From: Alteromonadaceae bacterium UBA1282 | GTDB taxonomy: Bacteria > Pseudomonadota > Gammaproteobacteria > Enterobacterales > Alteromonadaceae | DNA length: 64,000 nt | NCBI GenBank assembly: GCA_002308075.1 | Contig: DBUU01000114.1 | Location: 24,552 to 88,551, forward strand | Direction: 5' to 3' | Shown here: piece after piece, positions 39,759 through 50,600 of the stretch | Numbering within the stretch: the stretch's first letter is position 1 | How the letters are laid out: each line of letters begins with the position of its first letter | Notes under the pieces: model-generated | Databases searched by the model: none | What the model saw: only the letters and a program-made list of their open reading frames with translations | What the model was told of the DNA's origin: nothing | Position numbers and translations under genes: made by a program

Positions 39759-40364
39759 ATGAAGCGCGTTTTGCAATTTTTCTTATTACTCATTTGTTGT
39801 TTCCAGTTATCTCCTTCGCTGGCAGATGATAAACCCGTGGTGTCTGTTGGTTCCCATACGCTGACAGAAAGCGACTTTAAGCCTACTGAAGAAGAGCTGG
39901 CCAGTCTGCAAGAGGATCCCATGGGCGCAGAGCGCCGGGAGTTACAAAACTTCACTAAGATTGTTGAGTTTGTCGAGCACCACTTTGTGCGCGACTATGC
40001 CGCCAACAACAACCTGACGGCCGCGCCGGAATTTGTTGCTTCGTTTAAAAAGGCTTTTGGTAGTGAATCGTTAAACGGTGAGAAACTCGATGAACTGGCC
40101 GAGTTTGCAGCCCTGCAATTTGCCGTCGATGCGCATTTATATAAAACTCACGGCGGTCGCGTGGTGTTTGACCACAGTCACCCTATGTTACCAATCGAAG
40201 CGTATTTTAATGCGTATAAGGCATACAGCGAAAAACAGCAACTGGTGTTTTTCGATAAAGAAATCGCTAATACCTGGTGGCTTGGGTTTGTCAGGCCCAA
40301 CGCCGTTGAAATCCCCGCCGGTGATGTTGATTTTAGCGTGCCATGGTGGCACAAGCTGGGCTAG
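39759..40364 (+). CDS. Hypothetical exported protein
   Basis: Signal peptide MKRVLQFFLLL...SLA; no recognised domain. Confidence 0.7.
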   Translation: MKRVLQFFLLLICCFQLSPSLADDKPVVSVGSHTLTESDFKPTEEELASLQEDPMGAERRELQNFTKIVEFVEHHFVRDYAANNNLTAAPEFVASFKKAFGSESLNGEKLDELAEFAALQFAVDAHLYKTHGGRVVFDHSHPMLPIEAYFNAYKAYSEKQQLVFFDKEIANTWWLGFVRPNAVEIPAGDVDFSVPWWHKLG

Positions 40365-40369
40365 TTATC

Positions 40370-41347
40370 TTACGCAAACAGGTTGGTAGAAAAATACCGC
40401 TCGGCACTATCTGCCAGTATGGCTACAATGGTTTTGCCTTGTAATTCAATTCTGCTACCCAGTGCCAGCGCCGCGGCTACAGTGGCGCCGGATGATATGC
40501 CTGCCGCCATGCCTTCCTTACGGGCCAATAGCCGGGCGGTTTCAATAGCCTGCTGACAATCCACGGTCAGCACTTCATCAATCAGGCTACGATCCAGCCC
40601 CTTTGGAATGTGCCCTGGATTAACACCCTGAATGGCGTGTTCGCCCCCTTCGCCTGTGCTTAATAACGGGCAGGCGCTGGGCTCCGCCGCAATGATTTTA
40701 ATCGCCGGGTTGTGGGCTTTAAGGTAGCGCGCCATGCCGGTGAGCGTGCCGCCGGTGCCCATGCAGGCAACGAGCGCGTCAATGTGTCCGTTGCTTTGTT
40801 GCCATACTTCACGCGCCGTGGTGTTCTGGTGCGCAGCGGCATTGGCAGGGTTGGCAAACTGGTCCATGGATACTGCACCTTCAATGTCATCTAACAGACT
40901 ATCCGCGTGAGCAATGGCTCCGGGCATGCCATCGCCACTGGGTGTGGTAATTAAATTGGCGCCATAATGGCGGATCATTAATTGTCGTTCGCTCGACATA
41001 TGTTCCGGCATAACAATGGTAACCGGAATCTCGTATACAGCACCTAACCAGGCACAGGCTACCCCGCTGTTGCCAGAGGTGGCTTCAATGATATGTCTGA
41101 CATTGCCGTTATGCTGGCGCAACAAATCTTCCAGCATAGCCAACGCAGCCCGGTCTTTTATCGACCCGGCCGGATTGAAATATTCCAGCTTGGCCAGCAC
41201 GGTAGCCCCGGCACCCCGTAATTCAGGTAAACGTTTGAGGCGCACCAGCGGTGTATTGCCTATAGTTTCAGTAATGCACTGGTGAATAGCGTTTGGCTGG
41301 GAGTACGCCGCTGGCGAATCAAACATATCAGATATCCGGTAGAGCAA
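40370..41347 (-). CDS. Cysteine synthase family PLP enzyme (CysK-like)
   Basis: IGNTPL, NPAGSIKDR (PLP Lys), TSGNSG, GTGGT, GISSG; start may be ATG 41326. Confidence 0.88.
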   Translation of the reverse strand: MLYRISDMFDSPAAYSQPNAIHQCITETIGNTPLVRLKRLPELRGAGATVLAKLEYFNPAGSIKDRAALAMLEDLLRQHNGNVRHIIEATSGNSGVACAWLGAVYEIPVTIVMPEHMSSERQLMIRHYGANLITTPSGDGMPGAIAHADSLLDDIEGAVSMDQFANPANAAAHQNTTAREVWQQSNGHIDALVACMGTGGTLTGMARYLKAHNPAIKIIAAEPSACPLLSTGEGGEHAIQGVNPGHIPKGLDRSLIDEVLTVDCQQAIETARLLARKEGMAAGISSGATVAAALALGSRIELQGKTIVAILADSAERYFSTNLFA

Positions 41348-41466
41348 AGAAAAGAGACTAAAAGTATGCTCTGTTAGTCATGCAATGCGTTGCTAAAATT
41401 TTCGATAAATGTCATTGTTATTGATTGGTGAAACTCAATAATTGATTTTTATTGGAAAATAATTCT

Positions 41467-41925
41467 ATGGATGCCACCGATAAAAAAATACTCGCCCTGT
41501 TGCAAGGTGACAGTGAGATGGCTGTACAGGAAATCGCCGAACAGGTTGGCCTTACCACCACACCCTGCTGGCGACGTATTCAGCGCCTTCAACAGCAAGG
41601 GCCGATCAGCCGTAAAGTTGCCCTGCTGGATGCCGAGGCGCTGGGCTTAAAGCTCACCGTTTTTGTGCAGGTCAAAGCCGCCAGCCATGATGATCAATGG
41701 TTAAATGAATTCGCCCGGCACTGCAGCGCTTTTGAGGAGGTGGTAGAGTTTTATCGCATGTCCGGCGAATACGATTACATGCTTAAGGTGATGGTAGCCG
41801 ATATGCAAAGCTTTGATCATTTCTATAAGCGCCTGATTAAAAACATGCCCATGGGAGATGTCACCTCGAGCTTTGCGATGGAACAAATAAAGTACACAAC
41901 GGCGTTGCCTTTAAGCGGGATTTAG
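41467..41925 (+). CDS. Lrp/AsnC regulator (DecR/YbaO-like)
   Basis: DKKILALLQ...GLTTTPCWRRI, YRMSGEYDYML, VTSSFAME. Confidence 0.88.
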   Translation: MDATDKKILALLQGDSEMAVQEIAEQVGLTTTPCWRRIQRLQQQGPISRKVALLDAEALGLKLTVFVQVKAASHDDQWLNEFARHCSAFEEVVEFYRMSGEYDYMLKVMVADMQSFDHFYKRLIKNMPMGDVTSSFAMEQIKYTTALPLSGI

Positions 41926-42024
41926 CCAGGCTACAGGTCGTAAAGTGTATAATGTTACCCACAAAAGCTAACTATAAAAGCTTATCTAAAGCGACCCTAC
42001 AAATACGATAAACAGGAGATGAGG

Positions 42025-43203
42025 ATGTCGGTTAACCCTTATTGGCAGGATATGTTAATGCTGGATGCTCAACTTAGTGATGAGGAGCGTATGCTGCGCG
42101 ACTCGGCCCATCAGTTTTGTCAGGAAACCCTGCAACCGGGTATTTTAAACGCTAACCGAGAGGGACGGTTTGACCCTGAAATAATGCGCCGGTTTGGCGA
42201 CATGGGTTTACTGGGCGCCACCATCAATGGTTATGGCTGTGCCGGTGTAAGTTATGTGGCCTATGGGTTGATTGCCCGTGAAGTCGAACGGGTAGACAGC
42301 AGCTACCGCAGCGCCATGAGCGTGCAGTCTTCATTGGTTATGCATCCTATTTACCAATTTGGTAGCGAAGAGCAAAAACAAAAATACCTGCCAGAGCTCG
42401 CTAGTGGCAAGATGATTGGTTGCTTTGGTTTAACCGAACCTAATGCCGGTTCCGATCCGGCCAGTATGGAAACCCGGGCTGAACCGGTTGAAGGCGGCTA
42501 TCGTATAAGTGGCAGCAAAATGTGGATCACCAATTCACCCATCGCTGATATTTGTGTGGTGTGGGCTAAAAATACGGCGCAGAATAATGCAATCTGTGGC
42601 TTTATTCTTGAGCGCGGTATGCCGGGGCTGTCTACACCAGAAATTAGCGGTAAATTGTCGCTTAAAGCCTCTATCACCGGCGAAATAGTCATGGACGAGG
42701 TATTTGTGCCTGAGCAAAACAGGCTGCCCGGGGTAAGCGGCCTGAAAGGGCCTTTCAGTTGCCTGAACATGGCCCGTTATGGTATCGCCTGGGGAGCCAT
42801 GGGCGCCGCTGAGTTTTGCTGGCATGCGGCCCGGCAGTATGGTCTGGACCGCAAACAATTTGGCAAGCCACTGGCGCAAACTCAGTTGTTTCAAACTAAA
42901 CTGGCAGATATGCAAACCGAAATTACGCTGGGCTTACAGGCGGCACACAGAGTTGGCCAATTGATCGATGCAGGGCAGTTTGACCCGGCAATGATATCCC
43001 TGATAAAGCGCAATAACTGCGGTAAAGCGCTGGAAATTGCCAGAAAAGCGCGGGACATGCATGGTGGTAATGGGATCTCTGACGAATACCATATTATGCG
43101 CCATATGCTGAACCTGGAGACCGTGAATACCTACGAGGGGACTTACGATATTCATGGCCTGATACTCGGCCGTGCGCAAACTGGCTTACAGTCATTTTTT
43201 TAA
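42025..43203 (+). CDS. Glutaryl-CoA dehydrogenase-like acyl-CoA dehydrogenase
   Basis: [40 protein letters not shown]. Confidence 0.88.
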   Translation: MSVNPYWQDMLMLDAQLSDEERMLRDSAHQFCQETLQPGILNANREGRFDPEIMRRFGDMGLLGATINGYGCAGVSYVAYGLIAREVERVDSSYRSAMSVQSSLVMHPIYQFGSEEQKQKYLPELASGKMIGCFGLTEPNAGSDPASMETRAEPVEGGYRISGSKMWITNSPIADICVVWAKNTAQNNAICGFILERGMPGLSTPEISGKLSLKASITGEIVMDEVFVPEQNRLPGVSGLKGPFSCLNMARYGIAWGAMGAAEFCWHAARQYGLDRKQFGKPLAQTQLFQTKLADMQTEITLGLQAAHRVGQLIDAGQFDPAMISLIKRNNCGKALEIARKARDMHGGNGISDEYHIMRHMLNLETVNTYEGTYDIHGLILGRAQTGLQSFF

Positions 43204-43266
43204 TGTTGAAAGTAATTGACAGTAAGCACGGTCTGTTAAATTGAACCAATCATTAAGGCTAGCACC

Positions 43267-43482
43267 ATGTCACAAACGTACTCACAAGGTACAGTGCAAC
43301 AAAGCGTATCAAACCGATTAAAGCTCATTGCCGGTCCCGACACCAAAGGGACCTACGTGTTTGAAGATAGTCGCGGCGAGTACCGGTTGTTTATGGCTAC
43401 CACAACAGCCCCTTTCAGCAGTGTTGAAGAAATCCTGCAAAATGGCGAATGGGTTGGTCAGTGGCGTGGTTCGCAGTGGTAA
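43267..43482 (+). CDS. Small hypothetical protein (71 aa)
   Basis: Fills the intergenic gap, ATG start, Trp-rich C-terminus. Confidence 0.55.
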   Translation: MSQTYSQGTVQQSVSNRLKLIAGPDTKGTYVFEDSRGEYRLFMATTTAPFSSVEEILQNGEWVGQWRGSQW

Positions 43483-43591
43483 ACCTGCTTTCTAACTTTT
43501 TTGAGGTACTGCTTTCAAATTGCTAATCGATTGACAAATAGCCCCTTTTGGCGATACTCGCGTTTAAATTTCATAATAAAAAGGAATTCTT

Positions 43592-44374
43592 GTGAAGAAA
43601 TTAGGGGCATTTATCCTGTCAGCGTATCTGGCCACAGGCAGTCTAGCTAATGCTAGCTCGCTTAACAGCGAGCACGCAAACAGCGAAGAGAGCGCTTGCC
43701 GACAGCATCCTACCAAGTTACTTAGCTCACTGGAGAGGCGGCAAACCGTTTTCCAGCAAATTACTCAGGGTATTCTGGCTAGAATGGATGGCAGAAGTTG
43801 GAACTGGTTTGTCAATAAAGACTTTGCCAACAAACCGTCATTTGAGCTTTCGCTGGCTGATGGCTCGTTCTTTATTAGTCCTGATCCAACAAGACAGTCG
43901 CTAAGAGCCACCAGAATCTATGGGAAAGAGAATGCTATCACCTTTGAAGTCTCTATTGCGGACGGGGTTAACCCCTCGAGCCATAATCCTGAGTTAGATT
44001 TTAAGATACATCCCTTGCTTTCCAGTATTGATGGTGTTCAGTTTTCTCACCTGATGGTGGCAAATACAGTCATGCCTCTTCATGACACAATGATGTCGAA
44101 CTGCTGGCGGTCGTTCATCGAGACAAAAGGTGCCTTAGTGGCGCCCCATCCATCCGATCCTTCAGAAGGTGACGGGTCATTTACAGATCCGTTTAAAGGC
44201 CCGCACAGAACAGCAAAAACCGCAGGGTGGTGTGTGAATACTTATAAACTTTGTCTGAGTCAAATTACGGGCAACTCTCGCTCTGCCTCTTGCCAGAAGC
44301 CGGCCTATGTTACTTCAAAGGGCGTGTGCGCAAGCACGCTACAACAAGAAGAGGGGGTTGTCGGATATCAATAA
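43592..44374 (+). CDS. Hypothetical secreted protein
   Basis: GTG start after AAGGA, signal peptide, four Cys clustered in the C-terminus. Confidence 0.72.
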   Translation: MKKLGAFILSAYLATGSLANASSLNSEHANSEESACRQHPTKLLSSLERRQTVFQQITQGILARMDGRSWNWFVNKDFANKPSFELSLADGSFFISPDPTRQSLRATRIYGKENAITFEVSIADGVNPSSHNPELDFKIHPLLSSIDGVQFSHLMVANTVMPLHDTMMSNCWRSFIETKGALVAPHPSDPSEGDGSFTDPFKGPHRTAKTAGWCVNTYKLCLSQITGNSRSASCQKPAYVTSKGVCASTLQQEEGVVGYQ

Positions 44375-44391
44375 ACTGGCTGAGTTAACGG

Positions 44392-45402
44392 TTACCAACG
44401 CTGTAGCATGCGCTTGTAGACTTCGCGATCCAGTAAAGTGGAGCGGGGCAGTACCGGTTGGTCGTTAAGCTTTGCCTGGGCATCGGGCCAGTTGCTGAAT
44501 TGCTCACCATCTATTACAAACAAAGAGGCTTCGCCCGGTTTGGTTTTATCCAGTGGCAGCACGCCTTTCTGCGACATGGGCGGTACATCGTCATGGTGCA
44601 TTTGCGCGCTGGTTATCCAGTCTGCAGTGCCGTCACCATTGATATCCATGCTGGTCCAGCTTACTGCCATAGCAAGGTTAAAACGGCCATCGCGCTGGAT
44701 ATCATGAATATAACTATCAAATTTATCCAGCAGCTGTCGGGCATTGGGATAATCCTTGCGCAGGCTGACTGTTACCGCTGACTTGACCAACGGATAGGGT
44801 GAGACGTATAAAGGCTTTTCACCATCGTTAGTGAGCATCCGGTTAAACTCGGCGATTACCAGCCAGTCTTCAAAAACATAATCCGCTCGTTTTTCTGACA
44901 GTTGACTAAACATGTCGAAAAGGGCCGGATTACGCACCCAGGATACTGCCTTAATATTGCGCATTGCCGGCGTGTTGGCAATGCGGTTGGTGGTTGCCAC
45001 CCGGCTATTACGAATGTGGGAAAACTGAGTGACTTCATCGAGTGGATATTTACGGCTGGCGACATACAGCAGGGCGGGTAGATAGGCTTTGCTGTAGAGC
45101 AGGTTGTCCCGCTTTTCCTGCAGGGCAAGATGAGCAAATTCACCGTCGTACTTGCCAGTGAGCAAACCGCTGCCAGAAAAAGCAGGGCGGTCTACTGCCA
45201 GAGTGACCTCTATGCCGAGCTCGCTGAATGCCTGCTCAACCAGTTGATTGAGCCTGGCATTTTCGGTCTCTTCGCTAACCAGTGTGGGTAAGGGGTTAGC
45301 AACCAGGGTGATGGACGATTGCGCCGCAGCAGAGAAGGTTAATACCATTAACCACGCTGACAAAAGGCCAATCACCACACCGTTTAATTGCATATTAACC
45401 AC
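44392..45402 (-). CDS. Periplasmic substrate-binding protein (family 3-like)
   Basis: Signal peptide, PBP2-like pattern, DINGDGTADW loop. Confidence 0.7.
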   Translation of the reverse strand: MVNMQLNGVVIGLLSAWLMVLTFSAAAQSSITLVANPLPTLVSEETENARLNQLVEQAFSELGIEVTLAVDRPAFSGSGLLTGKYDGEFAHLALQEKRDNLLYSKAYLPALLYVASRKYPLDEVTQFSHIRNSRVATTNRIANTPAMRNIKAVSWVRNPALFDMFSQLSEKRADYVFEDWLVIAEFNRMLTNDGEKPLYVSPYPLVKSAVTVSLRKDYPNARQLLDKFDSYIHDIQRDGRFNLAMAVSWTSMDINGDGTADWITSAQMHHDDVPPMSQKGVLPLDKTKPGEASLFVIDGEQFSNWPDAQAKLNDQPVLPRSTLLDREVYKRMLQRW

Positions 45403-45415
45403 ACCTCTTTAATCA

Positions 45416-46795
45416 TTACTCGCCAAACGCTCCGGCGGCACCCGGAAACACAACCGGGCTCTCAAAGCCATCTTTACTGACACTGGCTACGCCGAAGAAA
45501 TAGTTATCTATCACTACGTTCTCCAGGGTAAATTCGGTCACATCGCCGACAAATCGACTAAACTGCCACTGCGGAGCGTCGGTATAGCGCCAGTAAATCT
45601 TATAGCCGGCCAGATGCGGATTTTGGGCTTTGTCCAAAGCCTGCCAGCTCAGGGTAGTAGAAGGTTCTACCGCTCCTTTAATGCTCACTCCGGCAGGCGG
45701 ATTGGGAGCCCAGGCCATACTGGCCAGGCTTACCGCATTTAGTGCAGTAAGTTTAGCAGCGTAATCAAAGTTAACCCCGTCAATGGTATCGCCGTATTTG
45801 ATACCGTTCTCTTCGCGTAAGTCCTGGTGCTGGCGCACGTAGTTTTCGTTGGTTTCCATGATCCGAACGCCAGGAAAGCCGAGGTCGTTGAACGGGCGAT
45901 GGTGCCCACCGCGGCCGAATCTGTCGAGGCGGTAAACCACCATGGTATCCAGATTAGGAATATAGCGGTCAGCGACTAAATCAATATAACGGGCCAGGTT
46001 GCGACTCGGTGAGTCTACCTCACCGCCGGTAAAGCGACGAATGGTGGCTTCGCGGTCAGTTTCAGTCTGACGCGTGCCTTCGGCAAAAATCCGGGCAGTG
46101 GTGTTGTTAATTACCCCGTTGATCCCTTCAATGTTGCCAATCATGTCGTTATTCAGCACGGCTTTTAACCGCCAGCCATCTTTAGCGGCTTGTTCAGCCA
46201 GAATTTTACCGCCAAATAAGCCCTGCTCTTCACCAGACAACGCGGCATAAACAATGCTGCCGTTAAAACGATACTGGCTGAGTACACGGGCAGCTTCCAG
46301 CGTGCCGGCTACTCCTGAGGCATTGTCATTCGCTCCGGGAGAGTCTGAGGTGGCATCCATCACATCAGAAACCCGCGAATCAATGTCTCCCGACATCAAT
46401 ACATAGCGGTCCGGATCGCTGACACCGCGTTGTACAGCAATCACGCTGACGACCTCAACCGGATCAGGAATGCGTTTTTCACCACTGATGGTGGCAGAGC
46501 TGTAATACACTTCCAGACAATTGCCACAGGCGGCAGAAATGCGCTCAAACTCGGCTTTGATCCAGCGGCGCGCGGCACCAATGCCGCGAGTGTCTGACTC
46601 AGTTTCAGAGAGCGTGTGGCGGGTGCCAAAGCTTACCAGCTTCTCAATATCCTGTTCTATCCGCTGGGCAGAAACATTGGCCGCAATATCATGCAGTTGA
46701 GACTGATCAACATATTCAGGCTGAGCAGCCTGTAATGACAGGCTGGCGCTAAAAGTCAGTAAAGTAAGTGGACGTATTATTTTCATTATGACCAC
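45416..46795 (-). CDS. M28 family metallopeptidase with FnIII-like C-terminus
   Basis: GDIDSR, GANDNASG, GEEQGL, LNNDMIG, GGHHRPF. Confidence 0.88.
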   Translation of the reverse strand: MVIMKIIRPLTLLTFSASLSLQAAQPEYVDQSQLHDIAANVSAQRIEQDIEKLVSFGTRHTLSETESDTRGIGAARRWIKAEFERISAACGNCLEVYYSSATISGEKRIPDPVEVVSVIAVQRGVSDPDRYVLMSGDIDSRVSDVMDATSDSPGANDNASGVAGTLEAARVLSQYRFNGSIVYAALSGEEQGLFGGKILAEQAAKDGWRLKAVLNNDMIGNIEGINGVINNTTARIFAEGTRQTETDREATIRRFTGGEVDSPSRNLARYIDLVADRYIPNLDTMVVYRLDRFGRGGHHRPFNDLGFPGVRIMETNENYVRQHQDLREENGIKYGDTIDGVNFDYAAKLTALNAVSLASMAWAPNPPAGVSIKGAVEPSTTLSWQALDKAQNPHLAGYKIYWRYTDAPQWQFSRFVGDVTEFTLENVVIDNYFFGVASVSKDGFESPVVFPGAAGAFGE

Positions 46796-46810
46796 TGTCA
46801 GTGTGTGAGA

Positions 46811-47506
46811 TTAAATAAACGCGTAGGCATCGCCAAACAGGTTTTCTTTAGTCAGGCCACGCTCAAAGAAATCGTCGCGGGCTACCTTGGCCATGTCGAA
46901 GCGCCCGGCAATATAGACCTGTACGCCGGATAAGTCGGCGTAATCTGCCAGCACGGCATGGTGTACCCAGCCCTTGCGACCGTCCCAGTCATCGGCAGCA
47001 TTTTCTACTACCGGAATGTAGGTCAGGTGCGGATGGTGTGCAGCCAGTGAAATCAGTTCTTTGTGATAATACAGATCCTCTAGGTGCTTGCCGCCCCAGT
47101 ACAGGGTGATTTCACGGTTTGGATTGACCTTCAGTGATTGCATTAAAATTGAATAGGTGTAAGAAAAGCCAGTTCCGCCAGCCACCAGAATCATTGGCGT
47201 ATCGCCGTCTTGCAGGGTGGCCTGGCCATGCCCGCCGGAGATGAAAATGGCTTTTTCCTGACGCATGCGCTCGAGCACTTCGCCCGCATAGCTGTTGCCC
47301 GGTTCGGCACCAATGTGCAGTTCCAGGCGGTTGTTGTCGTGCGCCGCATTGGCAATAGAGAAAGGACGTTTATCGTCTTCAGCCATGTGTACCAAAACGT
47401 ACTGTCCCGATTGGAAGTCGAGAGAAATATCAGGGGTCAGATCGACCCGATAAACCGTCTTGGTCAGTGGTGCTATACCTTCAACCTGGCATCTAATTTG
47501 TGACAT
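46811..47506 (-). CDS. fre: NAD(P)H-flavin reductase
   Basis: RPFSIA, LHIGA, AGGTGFSY, YIAGRFDM, DAYAFI; follows ubiD. Confidence 0.93.
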   Translation of the reverse strand: MSQIRCQVEGIAPLTKTVYRVDLTPDISLDFQSGQYVLVHMAEDDKRPFSIANAAHDNNRLELHIGAEPGNSYAGEVLERMRQEKAIFISGGHGQATLQDGDTPMILVAGGTGFSYTYSILMQSLKVNPNREITLYWGGKHLEDLYYHKELISLAAHHPHLTYIPVVENAADDWDGRKGWVHHAVLADYADLSGVQVYIAGRFDMAKVARDDFFERGLTKENLFGDAYAFI

Positions 47507-47540
47507 GTATTCAGAATCTCTTAATGTTTGTAAGTTTACT

Positions 47541-49028
47541 TTATTGTCCGGAATTTGCGCTGTTCATGATACCGAGTTCATCCCAGATTGCATCCACCCG
47601 GTCTTTTACCGCTTGCTCCATAACGATGGGTTCGCCCCATTCCCGGTCAGTCTCGCCGGGCATTTTATTGGTGGCATCCAGGCCCATTTTGGAGCCCAGC
47701 CCTGATACCGGCGAGGCGAAATCAAGATAATCAATGGGCGTGTTTTCTATCATTACTGTATCACGGGCGGGATCCATTCGGGTAGTAATCGCCCAAATCA
47801 CATCCTGCCAGTCGCGAGCATTAACGTCGTCATCGCACACCACAACAAACTTGGTGTACATAAACTGACGTAAGAACGACCAAACGCCCATCATCACTCG
47901 TTTAGCGTGTCCGGGATACTGTTTTTTCATCGTTACTACCGCCATACGATAGGAACAGCCTTCCGGCGGCAGATAAAAATCAACAATCTCAGGGAACTGC
48001 TTTTGCAAAATGGGCACAAAAACTTCATTCAGTGCCACACCAAGCACAGCCGGTTCATCCGGCGGACGGCCGGTGTAGGTTGAGTGATAAATCGGATCCT
48101 TTCGGTGAGTGATATGAGTCACCGTAAATACCGGGAATTCGTCTACTTCGTTATAGTACCCCGTGTGATCGCCATAGGGGCCTTCCGGCGCTGTTTCGTC
48201 CTGCGCGATGTAGCCTTCCAGCACAAATTCGGCACTGGCAGGTACCTGCAAATCATTGCTCACCGACTTAACCACTTCGGTTTTATCGCCGCGCAACAGT
48301 CCGGCAAAGGCATATTCAGAAAGGGTATCCGGTACCGGCGTCACGGCACCAAGGATAGTGGCCGGATCGGCGCCTAACGCCACAGAAACCGGGTAAGGTT
48401 CACCGGGGTGGGTCTGACACCACTCGCGAAAATCCAGCGCGCCGCCGCGGTGCGACAACCAGCGCATAATGAGTTTGTTTTTACCCAGCACCTGCTGACG
48501 GTAAATGCCCAGATTCTGACGTTTCTTGTGCGGGCCCCGGGTAACAGTGAGCCCCCAGGTGATCAGCGGCGCTGCATCGCCCGGCCAACAGTGCTGTACC
48601 GGCAGGCGAGTGAGATCAACCTCATCGCCACTTAACACTATTTCCTGGCAAGGCGCCTTGCGCACTTCCTTGGCAGGCATATTCAGAACCTGTTTAAAAA
48701 CCGGGAGTTTTTCCCACAGATCCCTGAGCCCTTTAGGCGGCTCTGGCTCTTTTAAATAGGCCAGCAGTTTTCCGACTTCACGCAGGGCTGTTACCGAGCT
48801 TTGCCCCATTCCCAGGGCCACCCGCTCTGGTGTACCAAACAGGTTCATTAATACCGGAATGTCAAAATCCACCGGGTTTTCAAATAACAGTGCAGGGCCG
48901 CCGGCACGCAGGGTACGGTCGGCTATTTCGGTCATTTCCAGTTTGGTACTGATTGGCTTGGTAATGCGTACTAAATCGCCGTTTTTTTCTAACTGACTGA
49001 TAAAGTCGCGTAAATCTCTATACTTCAT
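47541..49028 (-). CDS. ubiD: 4-hydroxy-3-polyprenylbenzoate decarboxylase
   Basis: [29 protein letters not shown]. Confidence 0.97.
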   Translation of the reverse strand: MKYRDLRDFISQLEKNGDLVRITKPISTKLEMTEIADRTLRAGGPALLFENPVDFDIPVLMNLFGTPERVALGMGQSSVTALREVGKLLAYLKEPEPPKGLRDLWEKLPVFKQVLNMPAKEVRKAPCQEIVLSGDEVDLTRLPVQHCWPGDAAPLITWGLTVTRGPHKKRQNLGIYRQQVLGKNKLIMRWLSHRGGALDFREWCQTHPGEPYPVSVALGADPATILGAVTPVPDTLSEYAFAGLLRGDKTEVVKSVSNDLQVPASAEFVLEGYIAQDETAPEGPYGDHTGYYNEVDEFPVFTVTHITHRKDPIYHSTYTGRPPDEPAVLGVALNEVFVPILQKQFPEIVDFYLPPEGCSYRMAVVTMKKQYPGHAKRVMMGVWSFLRQFMYTKFVVVCDDDVNARDWQDVIWAITTRMDPARDTVMIENTPIDYLDFASPVSGLGSKMGLDATNKMPGETDREWGEPIVMEQAVKDRVDAIWDELGIMNSANSGQ

Positions 49029-49326
49029 AGTTTGTGGCTATCCCAGCAGCGTGCTTTGGGTTTTTTATGATACCCATCAAAACAGGATTATTTTCAGAAG
49101 TATACCATTAAAGATCCTCAGCCGATCACTCCTGGGCGTCGATTCTGCGTATTCTTGCCATCGGCGGTATATGCTGGTTGCGTTTTTGTTAATAAGGGTA
49201 TTATATAAACATTGAGTGAAGGATTTTAAAAACCGGTTGGTGAGCGCTAAATATCGTCATGACTTGTTGGCTAAACAAGCGCATACTGGCTATACAAATA
49301 AAAGAGAATAGTTGCCTGGAGTCCTT

Positions 49327-49569
49327 ATGGCTTTTTCACACGACGTCATCGAAGAGCTAAACCTGTTACTGAAGTTTCCTGCCGAAAGTCTGATGCAGGG
49401 TTTAAAAATTCACCACGATGCCACCCAATCCATTGTTGAGGCGGCAGCCCGGCTGTATTCCAAAGGCCTGATAACCCAGGTGGACGGGGGCTATCTCACC
49501 GATCTTGGTATTGATGTGGTAGAGCACACGCGGCGCATTAACAGCGCCATGAATATCAAATTTAATTAG
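49327..49569 (+). CDS. TIGR02647-like small putative DNA-binding protein
   Basis: ELNLLLKF...QGLKIH...AAARLYSKGLITQVDGGYLTDLG. Confidence 0.75.
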   Translation: MAFSHDVIEELNLLLKFPAESLMQGLKIHHDATQSIVEAAARLYSKGLITQVDGGYLTDLGIDVVEHTRRINSAMNIKFN

Positions 49570-49889
49570 GTTTCACTCGGGCGTTTTGCGGCGGGATATG
49601 AGTTCCTACTGAGTTAATTTCACTACAGTACTTTTACCTATGAATTAGATGCTTTCAATTGGTTAACTAAAGGCAGCAAAAGCCGCTCTAGGGTGTCAGC
49701 ATGCTTTACACTTTGAATTGAGTGGGATTTCAAGTGGTTGTAAATATTGAATTTATTTTTTGGCATGTTCTGTGCTATAAATTCTGGGCAGATGATTATG
49801 GATGGTAAATCAGCAGGCTATCTATTTTGTTCGTGTTCAAGAAGTGAGACTAAATAAAGCTGTGTCTCCGTAGTTAAGGAACTGTAGTA

Positions 49890-50600
49890 ATGAACTTCAA
49901 AAAATTATGCAAAAGTGCGTTGTTGGTCACTGGTATTCTGGCCAGTTCTGCGGCAAGCGCAACGGTTATTCTCTCAACCGATTTCGACGGCCGTACAGTC
50001 AGCGGTAACACAGCCAGTGATCTAACATGGACTACAAATGGTGTTATAGCACCTGGAGTATTAGCCGCAAATTCAGGGTCAGATTCGTTTTCACTTTTCG
50101 ATACTGCAGCAGCACAAGACCGTTTCGCTGTAGACCGTAACTTGCACAATGAAGGCAACTGGTTCACTGACATTACTTTCATGATGGCTAATGACTTTGC
50201 TTCTGTAAGTCTTTCAAGTGTCTCATTTGATTCCATTATTTTTAATAATAGCGGTAACGTACAAGGCGTACAGCGTGATTTGGATTTTACAGTTGAGCTG
50301 TTTGACGATTTAGCATTGGGCCCGATTTTTTCTTATGCGCAAAATAATATTTTTGCTGCAAATGGTTCAAATTCTCAGCCTGTGAAAAACATCAGCTTTG
50401 ACAATTTAGCTGTGTTGTTGCAGCAAGACACCGAATATACTTTACGAATTACAGCTTCTGGGACTGGTCCTGGTAATAATGCTGGAATTGATAATTTTGT
50501 ACTCTCCGGTGATGTAAGTCCTGTTCCCGCGCCTCAGGCCTTTGCATTACTAGCGCTGGCTATTGCTGGAATTGCTGTTCGTAAAGCAAAGCGTTCATAA
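49890..50600 (+). CDS. PEP-CTERM-type sorting-domain surface protein
   Basis: Signal peptide; C-terminal VPAP + TM helix + basic tail RKAKRS; AT-rich. Confidence 0.82.
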   Translation: MNFKKLCKSALLVTGILASSAASATVILSTDFDGRTVSGNTASDLTWTTNGVIAPGVLAANSGSDSFSLFDTAAAQDRFAVDRNLHNEGNWFTDITFMMANDFASVSLSSVSFDSIIFNNSGNVQGVQRDLDFTVELFDDLALGPIFSYAQNNIFAANGSNSQPVKNISFDNLAVLLQQDTEYTLRITASGTGPGNNAGIDNFVLSGDVSPVPAPQAFALLALAIAGIAVRKAKRS

